A DNA stretch of 64,000 bases, from positions 29,202,001-29,266,000 of the forward strand of contig OZ296649.1 in assembly GCA_965655095.1 (NCBI GenBank), read 5' to 3'. The notes under the pieces were generated by a model. That model was not told the DNA's origin. It did not search any database and was given only the letters and a program-made list of their open reading frames with translations. This document shows, piece by piece, positions 1 to 12,830 of the stretch. The DNA is from Haplodiscus bocki (taxonomy: Eukaryota). Positions within the stretch are counted from its first letter, which is position 1. Each line of letters begins with the position of its first letter. A program made the position numbers and the translations under genes.

Positions 1-3000
1 GTCTCACCCTAGGATTAAAGGTTTGCTCTTTTACCCATGTGGAGTAGAAGATGTCGATCGGCAGCATGTAATATTGGCATGTATTGCTTAAGCTTCTGAT
101 AACGTTCGAAAAAACTAGGTAAACTTTGTCTTGAATCGGGAGCTATTCTTAAGCAGTGGACTGTAAAATGACTGGGTTGAAGAAGGACAGCTGCAGAATA
201 CCGTATTTAATCCAAATACAATTGCGGCCGATTGAAACCTCGATTCGATTTCAAGCGGTTCCGAATGATTCTTGAAAAAAAAGACAGCGTTGAAAAATGA
301 TGACTTTTATAAGCCTCAACCAAGCCTCTGTTTCGAACAAATGCTGACCTCGAATCCCAAATGTTAAGCGATAGTCTTAAAATTGTAGACACTTGAAAAG
401 ATCTGCAAGGTCTAGCAAGATAAGAAGTTAAGCAATCGTAGGCAGCACGGAATAATTCTATGTCGAAGACTCTCTGTGAGTCGAATGAGTAGTCTTCCTT
501 TTTTTCGACAAATCCCGTTTGAATTAAGGCCGCGATATTTTGCGTCATGAGCGTTTCAAGTCACTTTGATGAAGTCAAAACCAGCTTTCTTTCTTTGTCT
601 GAAATGTGAAAACGATTCAAGCTGGTCAACACAATCTTATTACGATTGAAGTTTCTTTTTTGTGTGGCCGTTGCCAACTCAAGTTTGCTAGAAATTCTGA
701 AGGTGGAAGCATGTTGTTTTTATCATTTCTGATATCCTAATTCGAACTTGTTTCATACGTCATATGTTTCCTTTTAACTTGAAGAAGTTCAGGAACCAAA
801 TTCCAAGAAACAATTCAAAAATGGAACTTTCGCGGGATATTTTAAAGCCTGTTGAACTTTGATGGAGAATAATGGTTTTGCTTACTTGTTTCGGTGTTGG
901 AGTCCCGCTGGTGGTTAACTTTTTAGAACAGGATTAAGTGAACTCTCGCGATGCAATTTTCTGGTCTTTTTTATCGAATTAGATGTTTCCGGAAATGAGA
1001 ATGTTTTTGAAAAGCGCTTGAGCACAGAAATTGACGGATGGAAGAAGATACAGTTTCATGAAGGTCTCGTTTCCGGAACAGTTTTTTTTCTGAGAGTATC
1101 TATGGGCCCAGAAACTTGATCACCCAATAAAGTCCAATATTTAGGTTTTTCATGACATCTGCTGTGTTTCCCAAGAGCTTCGTTGCCAAGGCAAGCAAGT
1201 GTTTGTTCTGGGAGTGCCCAGAAGGTTCAAAGACTTCAATCTGGAAATTAGGGAACTGAGTGAAATTCTGTATGACAATCGGAGGAGTTTTGGGTTCCGT
1301 TTTGTTGGCGTTGGAAGGAAACTGTCGTGTGCCAATATCATCGATTCCGAAGATGGGTTACATTTGACGAAAAATGGACTTCGGCAACTGCGACCAATAA
1401 TTTCCAAGAGATAATGAATTGAAGTTCCTGTCATCTGTTCTCATCTAACAAAATGACAACTGATTGGTTTTGAATCCAGAATGCTAATTGATGTTTTTCA
1501 TTTCAAGTGCTTCATTTTCAAGTCGAAGATTGACTGGATTATTTGAAGTTGATTGGGATTCGGGGATAACCCTCATGGTGATCGTTTGTTCTCAATATTG
1601 AAATTTGCTGAGTTTTTATTGTTCATCTTTGAGAGTTCTGATATTTCAGCTGTATATAGCTGATGCCAAGTATAGCATGTTTTTTTTCGTTCAGTTGATA
1701 TGCGTTTTTGGTACCTATGTTTTATTGAATATTTTCACCTGACCTATTCACTTGGAAAATATTTGAATCCATTCCCAAACTCGCTCGGTAATTTAAATGT
1801 ACCTTAGTAGTCGAATTAATATCCCATTTTTGGGCTCTCGTTGATTAATTTCGAAAGTCTACTTATCTTTAAGTTTAATTCAAACGAGAGCCGCCGTAGT
1901 GGTGCTATGTTTTCCATCGATGGGGATTCAGAAACGGCTCAAAAATAAAATTGAAAATTTAAGAGAAAACAGTGATTCTGATAGGAGGCTAGCTTTGAGC
2001 TCAATTATAACATTATTAGACAAAAACAGGTACTCTCGAAACTGATTTCCAGAGGAAAATTTTAATCGATTTCCTCAAAATTCAAACTTTCATTCTGATC
2101 TCAGGCCATTGATTTTCGGCTGTCCAGATGGTGTTCACAAAAAGGATTTCTGTTTGTTCAGACGGAGATTTTTTATCCGGGAATTTGTTTGATACTTTTT
2201 TTTCGAATGTTAAAAGGGAATTTTGGATGGGATTGTCAAAACAGCGTTCTACGAGTCCCGAGGAACAGTGTAGGTGTGACTATTCTTTAGAAAATTGATG
2301 TTCACGCGGAATTGGCAATTTTGCGGAGAATTTCTACGGTTTGAGGGATTTGTTTTCTTTTCGTAGTATACTTTACCACGGATAATGACAAACAGCTCAA
2401 ACACGGCGCTGACCGTCATTCCGGCGCAAAAGTTTCAGTGAACCATATTCTCGCCATACCAAAAAATTCGTTGGCGGGACTCTTCTGGTGTTTTGGAAAA
2501 ATGATGGTGTCGAAAAAAATCCACTAGTTTTGATTTCCGTCCGAGTTTACCTGGTCTCACAGTACCGAAAAGTGTTGCAACGGTCTTATGGCGTTTTCGA
2601 GTACTTCTCCGTGCTAGTTACAATTTTTAATTGCACGCTTGAAAATGATGTGCCCGGGAAAAAGTTGTCAATTCGATGTTATATGATAAAGTGACAAAAG
2701 TAGGCTTTTTCGTAAATTTGGTGAAATGAAACGGATGAAAAAAATGTACCTGAAACAGTGTTTTCGCAACTTCTCTTGTTTTTTACGATTCATCAAATGC
2801 ATTCTCAAACCAAAAGTTCGGGGCGCGTTTGGTTCTTTCGCTCTTTACATCCTGGGTTTGAGATGCCTGGTCATATCGTAGTACTTATGAAAACAGCTTT
2901 TGTTTCTTGAGCAAAACAGAAACTTTCCAAAACGACGTTGAGTACGTTCCAAAAATGTCTTTTTAAGCTCTGGTGGGCTTGTTTCTTTGGTTATAACTAA

Positions 3001-3707
3001 AAAGCTGTTTTGAGAACTTCCTCTGATCTCTCTACTTGAAACAATACGTGTTTCTTGTTCAAATGCAGGGTCAAGTTTTGGCTGGGCTGGTTATCAGAGG
3101 CTACATTTGGTACTTTGGTTTTTTTTTTACGTCGTGTGTTTGACATCTCATGCCATGCCAAATAAAAAACAGTCCATTCCTTGGAAACGTGGTCTTTGTC
3201 GTTTTGGAAATGTACAATCGTTTTGATGGTTTCCGTACAAACCTTTTGGAAAAGGTTGGCCGATGCCACGAAAACGAAAACACAAACTTTCTTTTAAATT
3301 GACGTTTAGGCAGTCCAAAAGTATCGCTTTGATCTGTGCTCGGCTTGTTTCTCTCTTGTGAGAAGTTCGAGAGATCAATCCTCGTGAAGTAATACCTGTT
3401 GTGGTTGTGATATTAATTGTTTCTTCTATTTCAGCAACGTCAATTCCCTGCAGAACTTGAGAAGTGGCCTTGGTTAGTGTGTCTGAAGTTTTTTGGACAG
3501 AAAGACTTGAGAAAAAACTTTTTTTAATATTGATGCTTTTTTATCGTTTTTTTGTTGAAAAAAAGTTTTTTCTTCTGTTTTTGAGAAAAATCTAATTTTT
3601 ACCGAAGAGGGATGAGATCTGAAATTCCAGAAAATGTGAGATCTAAACTTTCCTGCAGCAACTCACGAAAAAGGAATAAGATCTAGGTTTTGGTGAGGAA
3701 TAGGCAA
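1..3707 (+). repeat. Segmental duplication, copy A (left end cut by the window)
   Basis: Position 1 matches 8788 (gtctcaccctaggattaaagg) and identity runs to 3707/12496 (...ggtgaggaataggcaa). I saw only a few substitutions and small indels by eye. The ORF track repeats at +8787 (548->9335). Confidence 0.97.
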
Positions 3708-5284
3708 GGATTTGTAAAAACTCTTTGAAAACTAATATCCAAACAGTAGTTTTGTTTTTAACCGTTTGCAAAAATTGATCAAAATATTTGTAGTTGGGCG
3801 AAAAATATGCCTGTGCTAGCCAGCCGTCTTGTTGACACCTTCATTTGGATTAATTGATTAAAGAGATAAAAGCGTTGGCGTAAACACGCTAGAATGGTAT
3901 ACTTTCATTGTAGCTTGCATTCTCATTACATCTAAAACGCGTTCCTGCCTTATTGCATGGGTATGGATTTACTAAAAAGTATTAAAGGACAGAAAATAAT
4001 TTGAAGTCGAATGTATATTATCAAAATCAGCAACATACTAAATTGCTCGGATAGTTAATCTTGAGATCGAGGCAGGAAAAGCTTTTTTCATGATCCCCTG
4101 CAAAGGCTCCAATAGTGAATGTTGTATGCTTGACCTTCGCGGGTGGTGGCATGTGAAATCCAAATCATTTGTCAAAATTGTACCTAAGCTTGTAACGTAT
4201 TTTTGGTATTCTTGGGCGGAAGAGGCAAACCTTCTGGCAACTGATTTTACAGCAGAGCTGTCGCTTCTTCCTATCCCAAATATTGTTACAGGTCTACTAA
4301 AAACTTCACAAGAGGATCTCATTTTTTCGGCATTTGCATGAAAAAAGTTCTTGGAGAAACTAATTACCTGCCCTGGATACACAAAATTCTTTGTTCGGCC
4401 GCTTTGTCGGAAAATTGATGGTAAATTTCGTCAGTTCAACATTAGTAGGCATTAGGTTCGAGTACTCAGACACCCTTAGCGTACCACTTCATTTCATCGT
4501 GTCTCCGTTTTTAGGACGGTTAGTACGTTAAAACATTTCATTCGTAAATTATCAGCCAAAACCTATTGAAGACACCGGAATTGTTTTTCAAATTAACGTT
4601 ACTCATGATTGGTATCAACCATTGGGTGGGTATGTCTAGTTTTCTTATACACGATGAAGCATTCGGTTTCGTTGCTCTAAAGATTATTTTAAAAATGAAC
4701 ATTTTTTTAGCACGTTCTCACGTCTGTTGAATTCATGTCGGAACAAAAATCGAAAAACTCTTGCCTTCGGCAATTTTTTTAGCGTTAAATTCACCGGGGA
4801 TTTGTTGGTTGGTTGGTGGGTGGTTTGGTTGATTGGAATCTGGGAAAACAGGTGCACGGAGTCAAAATAAAAATTACGTTTTGGTGGAACTTTGACCTGA
4901 AATGTCGAAATAAACGACCTGAACGCATACATTCGACTTTTTATTCAATAAGAGTTGTTTTTGATTTGAATGTGCGTCATTAATACTCTCATAGACAAGG
5001 TTGAGAAGTCGTTTCGCGTACCAACGTCAGCTATGCTTTTCACATGCCATTTTTGCAGGAAAATTAGAAAAAAAATATCAAACTTTTCTTTGTTTTTTTT
5101 TCACATTTTTCCATTATATTATATCCCGCAATTCCTGATGCCACTTACGTGGCCGTTCAATGAGCGTGCGACAATCCTGTTGCACTATGATCCAAAGTTT
5201 AAAAATAACTAAAAATTCCTAAAATTACTCCAGCAACCAGGGTCGAAATATTGGCTGAAATTCTTCCGGTCTAAGGGCGTCAAT

Positions 5285-5303
5285 GGGGGGGGGGGGGGGG
5301 GGG
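5285..5303 (+). repeat. Poly-G homopolymer (G19)
   Basis: Run of G visible in the sequence. Confidence 0.9.
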
Positions 5304-7029
5304 TAAAAGGCGATTAAAAACGGGAAAAATAGCGATGTCAACGGCGTTTTACCGGGTAATAGAGGCGGTAACTTCCGATGCTATACCAGAAAAAAAACTA
5401 ACGTCTTTTCTACTGCCATATCGGTAACTTATGTTGACCATTTTTTCTGTCATTATACTTGCAGTGTCTGGACCCTTCTCATCTTCCAAAGAAAAATCAG
5501 CCACACCAAACAATAGCGTCTGAAAAGGAAGAGTTACGAACCATAACACCAAAGACATGAAAATGTAAAGCGAACGAGAACATTGTAGGAATAAGAAATG
5601 TCGGAACTTTCCAAACTAATAAATCCAGTATTCACGTGTTCAACTTTTGTGAAAACTTAGCTGACCATGACATGTTCACTGACACCCGCAGAGCTGCTAC
5701 ATGCAAGTGCAAATTCAAAACCTCAAAAATACAGAAAAATTCCAAAAAGATGAGGATCTTCCAATTACATAATCTTCCAAACTTCACCTAAAATCTATTT
5801 GAAGATTTCAGGCAGGAAAAAGATCAAAAACATGAAAGTTGACCTCGCAAAACAACCCAGCGGGGCACAAGTGCATAAATTGGAATACTTAAAAATGGAC
5901 GTTGCAACCAGGATGGAAAAACTAAAGACAACTTGAAAGTAACTTCCAGATTGAAACTGGCAGATTGAAATTGCTTCTGCTTTCTTCTTGTTTTGAAAAA
6001 CTTTTTTGAGCGAAGAGTGGGTCTCTTTCTGCTCCAGGTAATTTAGTTTCAATGTCTAATTACAATCTCATCCTGATAGTTTGTTCATTCATCGAAATGT
6101 TGCTCTCCAATAATTGACTGTTTCGACTTGCACGTCTTCGATTGCCGGAATCAATTCTCAAATTACCATGGTCTAAAGAGACAACTTTATATCAAATTTG
6201 TAAATAGTAATCATCCTTAAAACATAAATCAAATCAGGGTTATTTGAGCAGCCCTTTCGAAGTAAGTTTAATGTTTTCAGGAAGGAAGCAAAAATGCTCT
6301 ATAATGCGTATTGAACAGTCATATTTCCCTAAAAGGCTTAATTTTCGGCCAAAAGTTGTTTTTGGAAAAAAAAACATTTATTTTAAACTGGAGAAATGAT
6401 GGAAAATTTGCTAAAGAATAAAAAGAATCTGACTAATACTTAGCGTGGATTATTGTTTCATTGATGATTCATCGATTTTTCATCGATATACCTGGGTTGA
6501 AGTCCCAGAGCAAATCAGCGCTGATCAGCGATGTTTCAGAATGGTTTAAGAAAACCAGCGCTGATCAGCGCTGTTTCAGAGCTGTTCAGCGCTGGTTTTC
6601 TCTGAATCAGCGCTAGATCAAAACGAAGTGAGAAACCGACGAAAATGCTTCGTGTAAGTTCCAAAAGGTATTGGGATCACGAAAAACATGTTCTTTTGGA
6701 GTGTACCAGCTATGAAAAAATCATTCCGGCAAAATTCTAGTAAAAAATTCGAACCCGCCTCTTCCTCATGCTTCTTGGTCGCACGTGACCTGTAGAATAG
6801 TAAAAAGGCTGAAATGTAGGGTTTTGAGTAAAAAGTGGACTGAAAATAAAGCAAAAGTTGTGTTAATTAGTGTTTTTTTTTACTATTTCAGATCAAAATG
6901 TGACGAATTTTGACCAGCGTTGAACAGCGCTGAATAAGAGGAAAACGGCCCTGAACAGCTCTGAAACAGCTCTGTTTCAGAAAAAAAATAGCTCTGAAAC
7001 AGCACTGAACAGGGCTGATAATCTCTAAA

Positions 7030-7400
7030 AGCGTCAGATCTAAGGTTTCCTGGAGAAAACTCCTGAGAAAAGTTCAAATTTTGTCAAAACGGAATAAGAT
7101 TTAAATTTCCAGGGAGCGTGAGATCTGAGGTTTCCCGAGGAAATTTTGCGGTACTAGAATAAGATCCAAATTTCCAGAAAGCGTACGATCTAAGCTTTCC
7201 CGTAGAAATTTGCGAAAAAAGACTAAGATCTATATTTCCAGAGAGCCTAAGATCTCGGGTTTCCTGGACAAAATCTTCGGAAAGAAAACAAGATCTAATT
7301 TTGCCAAGACGGAATAATTTCTAAATTTCCAGGAAAGCTTAAGATCTGAGCTTTCCTGCAGAAGTTTGTGGGTAAAGATTAAGATGTCTTTTCCTAGAAA
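7030..7400 (+). repeat. Degenerate short-period tandem repeat with AGATCT core (agatctaaatttccagaaa-like)
   Basis: AGATCT/TTTCC motif recurs about every 25-30 bp. The same family occurs at 3590-3707, 7830-7935 and 12378-12830. Confidence 0.75.
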
Positions 7401-8787
7401 GCGCTGTAGTTGAGGGAAGGCTGTCGTGTTTCATCTGGACGAGCTATCCACTTGACGATGAACTTCAACCTCTTTCCTTCTCTTTTTGAATTGTATTATA
7501 TACTATTTTACTTCTCATCGTTCAGTCAATTAACAAATCTGGACGAGCCTTCATTGATAGTTTTCATTTTATTTTCTAATTAGTCGATGTAGTTAAATAT
7601 GCAATACGAAGACCTAACTTATAAATCTTACCTCCACTTGCTGATGTTTTAGATGCCTTTCGTTCAATATATGGGACCATTATTGACACTGTAAGGAGGC
7701 TCTGCAAGTTGCAGTGTAGTGATGCCTTTTTTTCTGATTGCCCATGCTCGATCGCGGGTTCCATAATATTTTTCCCCACGAATACTGGCTTCAGTACGCA
7801 GTGTTATTCCATCGCTATTTGAAAATCTCAGAAAGCGTTAGATCAAAAACTTTCCCAAAAAATGCTCTAAATGAAGGGGGTCTAATATTTGCTGAAAGTA
7901 AGATCTGATTATCCAGAAAGCATATTATCTAAAGGGAACTTCTTTACTATAAATTGCCAATTGATCTTTCAAATTGAATTTCAATGGAATTAATGAAAAT
8001 TTTTCGGGTCTTTTTCGTTATTTCTGACCGTGCAGACAATCCCTCGAGTCGAAATTTAGTTACTGCCACGAGTCTGTTCACTGAGTAGATCTTTTGCGAG
8101 TCAGTAAACAGTCCACATAAATGACGAAGCTCAAGTTCTTTCCAAAAAACTGATTGCTTACTGAAGCTAATTGAAGTAAACACAGTTAATTCCAATGACG
8201 TTGAACAGAAATTTAGACCATACTGAGCAGCTCAAAATCATCTTGGCGAAAATAGGAAATTTGTCTGCAGGGCGGGGGGAGAACTTACGGAAACGAACCA
8301 ATATTTCCTAAGATATTTTCACTGCTGCGAAGGTTTGTTGAAAAATACTGCCGAAAAAACCTCTTAGTTTTAACTTATTGGCTTTAGTTTTGCTTGTAAC
8401 GTCGTATATTGGTTACAAAGTCTGTTTTTTCTGCTCTCCATCGTAGCATTGTAGCAGGAGTCCACTGTATATTCATCTGAAAATGATTTCACATTTTCTC
8501 CACAAGCGCTTGAAATAACCTTCAATTAGCTGAGTTCATGACATTAATGTAAACCATGTAATGATGCAACTCGCGAGAATTATTTTGAGCATAATTCTAA
8601 CCAACTCAAAAACGTTCCGGCAACTCTCGGTACAAAGCTAATAAATTCTAGGCAGGGTTTAGGATGATGAACGACGAATAAGAATTGTGTTGAGAAAAGG
8701 CATACCGAGGCTGTCGTGTCTGAGGAATAGCGAGTTGCATGTAGAACGGGTGTGTTATTAGCAAGTCCCACCCGCCGGGTCGACCCG

Positions 8788-11700
8788 GTCTCACCCTAGG
8801 ATTAAAGGTTTGCTCTTTTACCCATGTGGAGTAGAAGATGTCGATCGGCAGCATGTAATATTGGCATGTATTGCTTAAGCTTCTGATAACGTTCGAAAAA
8901 ACTAGGTAAACTTTGTCTTGAATCGGGAGCTATTCTTAAGCAGTGGACTGTAAAATGACTGGGTTGAAGAAGGACAGCTGCAGAATACCGTATTTAATCC
9001 AATTACAATTGCGGCCGATTGAAACCTCGATTCGATTTCAGGCGGTTCCGAATGATTCTTGAAAAAAAAGACAGCGTTGAAAAATGATGACTTTTATAAG
9101 CCTCAACCAAGCCTCTGTTTCGAACAAATGCTGACCTCGAATCCCAAATGTTAAGCGATAGTCTTAAAATTGTAGACACTTGAAAAGATCTGCAAGGTCT
9201 AGCAAGATAAGAAGTTAAGCAATCGTAGGCAGCACGGAATAATTCTATGTCGAAGACTCTCTGTGAGTCGAATGAGTAGTCTTCCTTTTTTTCGACAAAT
9301 CCCGTTTGAATTAAGGCCGCGATATTTTGCGTCATGAGCGTTTCAAGTCACTTTGATGAAGTCAAAACCAGCTTTCTTTCTTTGTCTGAAATGTGAAAAC
9401 GATTCAAGCTGGTCAACACAATCTTATTACGATTGAAGTTTCTTTTTTGTGTGGCCGTTGCCAACTCAAGTTTGCTAGAAATTCTGAAGGTGGAAGCATG
9501 TTGTTTTTATCATTTCTGATATCCTAATTCGAACTTGTTTCATACGTCATATGTTTCCTTTTAACTTGAAGAAGTTCAGGAACCAAATTCCAAGAAACAA
9601 TTCAAAAATGGAACTTTCGCGGGATATTTTAAAGCCTGTTGAACTTTGATGGAGAATAATGGTTTTGCTTACTTGTTTCGGTGTTGGAGTCCCGCTGGTG
9701 GTTAACTTTTTAGAACAGGATTAAGTGAACTCTCGCGATGCAATTTTCTGGTCTTTTTTATCGAATTAGATGTTTCCGGAAATGAGAATGTTTTTGAAAA
9801 GCGCTTGAGCACAGAAATTGACGGATGGAAGAAGATACAGTTTCATGAAGGTCTCGTTTCCGGAACAGTTTTTTTCTGAGAGTATCTATGGGCCCAGAAA
9901 CTTGATCACCCAATAAAGTCCAATATTTAGGTTTTTCATGACATCTGCTGTGTTTCCCAAGAGCTTCGTTGCCAAGGCAAGCAAGTGTTTGTTCTGGGAG
10001 TGCCCAGAAGGTTCAAAGACTTCAATCTGGAAATTAGGGAACTGAGTGAAATTCTGTATGACAATCGGAGGAGTTTTGGGTTCCGTTTTGTTGGCGTTGG
10101 AAGGAAACTGTCGTGTGCCAATATCATCGATTCCGAAGATGGGTTACATTTGACGAAAAATGGACTTCGGCAACTGCGACCAATAATTTCCAAGAGATAA
10201 TGAATTGAAGTTCCTGTCATCTGTTCTCATCTAACAAAATGACAACTGATTGGTTTTGAATCCAGAATGCTAATTGATGTTTTTCATTTCAAGTGCTTCA
10301 TTTTCAAGTCGAAGATTGACTGGATTATTTGAAGTTGATTGGGATTCGGGGATAACCCTCATGGTGATCGTTTGTTCTCAATATTGAAATTTGCTGAGTT
10401 TTTATTGTTCATCTTTGAGAGTTCTGATATTTCAGCTGTATATAGCTGATGCCAAGTATAGCATGTTTTTTTTCGTTCAGTTGATATGCGTTTTTGGTAC
10501 CTATGTTTTATTGAATATTTTCACCTGACCTATTCACTTGGAAAATATTTGAATCCATTCCCAAACTCGCTCGGTAATTTAAATGTACCTTAGTAGTCGA
10601 ATTAATATCCCATTTTTGGGCTCTCGTTGATTAATTTCGAAAGTCTACTTATCTTTAAGTTTAATTCAAACGAGAGCCGCCGTAGTGGTGCTATGTTTTC
10701 CATCGATGGGGATTCAGAAACGGCTCAAAAATAAAATTGAAAATTTAAGAGAAAACAGTGATTCTGATACGAGGAGGCTAGCTTTGAGCTCAATTATAAC
10801 ATTATTAGACAAAAACAGGTACTCTCGAAACTGATTTCCAGAGGAAAATTTTAATCGATTTCCTCAAAATTCAAACTTTCATTCTGATCTCAGGCCATTG
10901 ATTTTCGGCTGTCCAGATGGTGTTCACAAAAAGGATTTCTGTTTGTTCAGACGGAGATTTTTTATCCGGGAATTTGTTTGATACTTTTTTTTCGAATGTT
11001 AAAAGGGAATTTTGGATGGGATTGTCAAAACAGCGTTCTACGAGTCCCGAGGAACAGTGTAGGTGTGACTATTCTTTAGAAAATTGATGTTCACGCGGAA
11101 TTGGCAATTTTGCGGAGAATTTCTACGGTTTGAGGGATTTGTTTTCTTTTCGTAGTATACTTTACCACGGATAATGACAAACAGCTCAAACACGGCGCTG
11201 ACCGTCATTCCGGCGCAAAAGTTTCAGTGAACCATATTCTCGCCATACCAAAAAATTCGTTGGCGGGACTCTTCTGGTGTTTTGGAAAAATGATGGTGTC
11301 GAAAAAAATCCACTAGTTTTGATTTCCGTCCGAGTTTACCTGGTCTCACAGTACCGAAAAGTGTTGCAACGGTCTTATGGCGTTTTCGAGTACTTCTCCG
11401 TGCTAGTTACAATTTTTAATTGCACGCTTGAAAATGATGTGCCCGGGAAAAAGTTGTCAATTCGATGTTATATGATAAAGTGACAAAAGTAGGCTTTTTC
11501 GTAAATTTGGTGAAATGAAACGGATGAAAAAAATGTACCTGAAACAGTGTTTTCGCAACTTCTCTTGTTTTTTACGATTCATCAAATGCATTCTCAAACC
11601 AAAAGTTCGGGGCGCGTTTGGTTCTTTCGCTCTTTACATCCTGGGTTTGAGATGCCTGGTCATATCGTAGTACTTATGAAAACAGCTTTTGTTTCTTGAG

Positions 11701-12496
11701 CAAAACAGAAACTTTCCAAAACGACGTTGAGTACGTTCCAAAAATGTCTTTTTAAGCTCTGGTGGGCTTGTTTCTTTGGTTATAACTAAAAAGCTGTTTT
11801 GAGAACTTCCTCTGATCTCTCTACTTGAAACAATACGTGTTTCTTGTTCAAATGCAGGGTCAAGTTTTGGCTGGGCTGGTTATCAGAGGCTACATTTGGT
11901 ACTTTGGTTTTTTTTTTACGTCGTGTGTTTGACATCTCATGCCATGCCAAATAAAAAACAGTCCATTCCTTGGAAACGTGGTCTTTGTCGTTTTGGAAAT
12001 GTACAATCGTTTTGATGGTTTCCGTACAAACCTTTTGGAAAAGGTTGGCCGATGCCACCAAAACGAAAACACAAACTTTCTTCTAAATTGACGTTTAGGC
12101 AGTCCAAAAGTATCGCTTTGATCTGTGCTCGGCTTGTTTCTCTCTTGTGAGAAGTTCGAGAGATCAATCCTCGTGAAGTAATACCTGTTGTGGTTGTGAT
12201 ATTAATTGTTTCTTCTATTTCAGCAACGTCAATTCCCTGCAGAACTTGAGAAGTGGCCTTGGTTAGTGTGTCTGAAGTTTTTTGGACAGAAAGACTTGAG
12301 AAAAAACTTTTTTTAATATTGATGCTTTTTTATCGTTTTTTTGTTGAAAAAAAGTTTTTTCTTCTGTTTTTGAGAAAAATCTAATTTTTACCGAAGAGGG
12401 ATGAGATCTGAAATTCCAGAAAATGTGAGATCTAAACTTTCCTGCAGCAACTCACGAAAAAGGAATAAGATCTAGGTTTTGGTGAGGAATAGGCAA
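8788..12496 (+). repeat. Segmental duplication, copy B
   Basis: Near-identical to 1-3707. Differences include caaataca/caattaca, ttcaagcgg/ttcaggcgg and a 3-bp insertion at ~10770. Confidence 0.97.
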
Positions 12497-12830
12497 TAAT
12501 TCTCCTGAAAGCATATAAAATGGAAGGTTACCTGCAGAAATTGGCGAAAAAAAAGAATGAGATCTATTTTCCAGAAAGCGTAAAATCTAAGCTTTCCAGC
12601 AAAAACTTGCGAAAGACTAAAATCTAAATTTCCAGAGAGCTCAAGATCTGGGTTTTCCTGGAGAAAATCTGCGGAAAGGGAACAAGATCTAATTTTGCCA
12701 TGACGAAATAATTTCTAAATTTCCAGGAAAAGTAAGATCCAAGCTTTCCAACAGAAATTTTCGAAAAAAGACTTAAAATATAAATTTCCAGAGAGCTTAA
12801 GATCTGAGAGACCAGAGAAAATTTGCAAAA
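12378..12830 (+). repeat. Degenerate AGATCT-core tandem repeat
   Basis: Same motif family as 7030-7400. Confidence 0.75.

Noticed and set aside
207-1434. ORFs in the duplicated block (207..548, 1150..1434 and their copies) as genes
   Set aside because: No recognisable motifs or consistent exon structure, and the duplication is too recent to show constraint.
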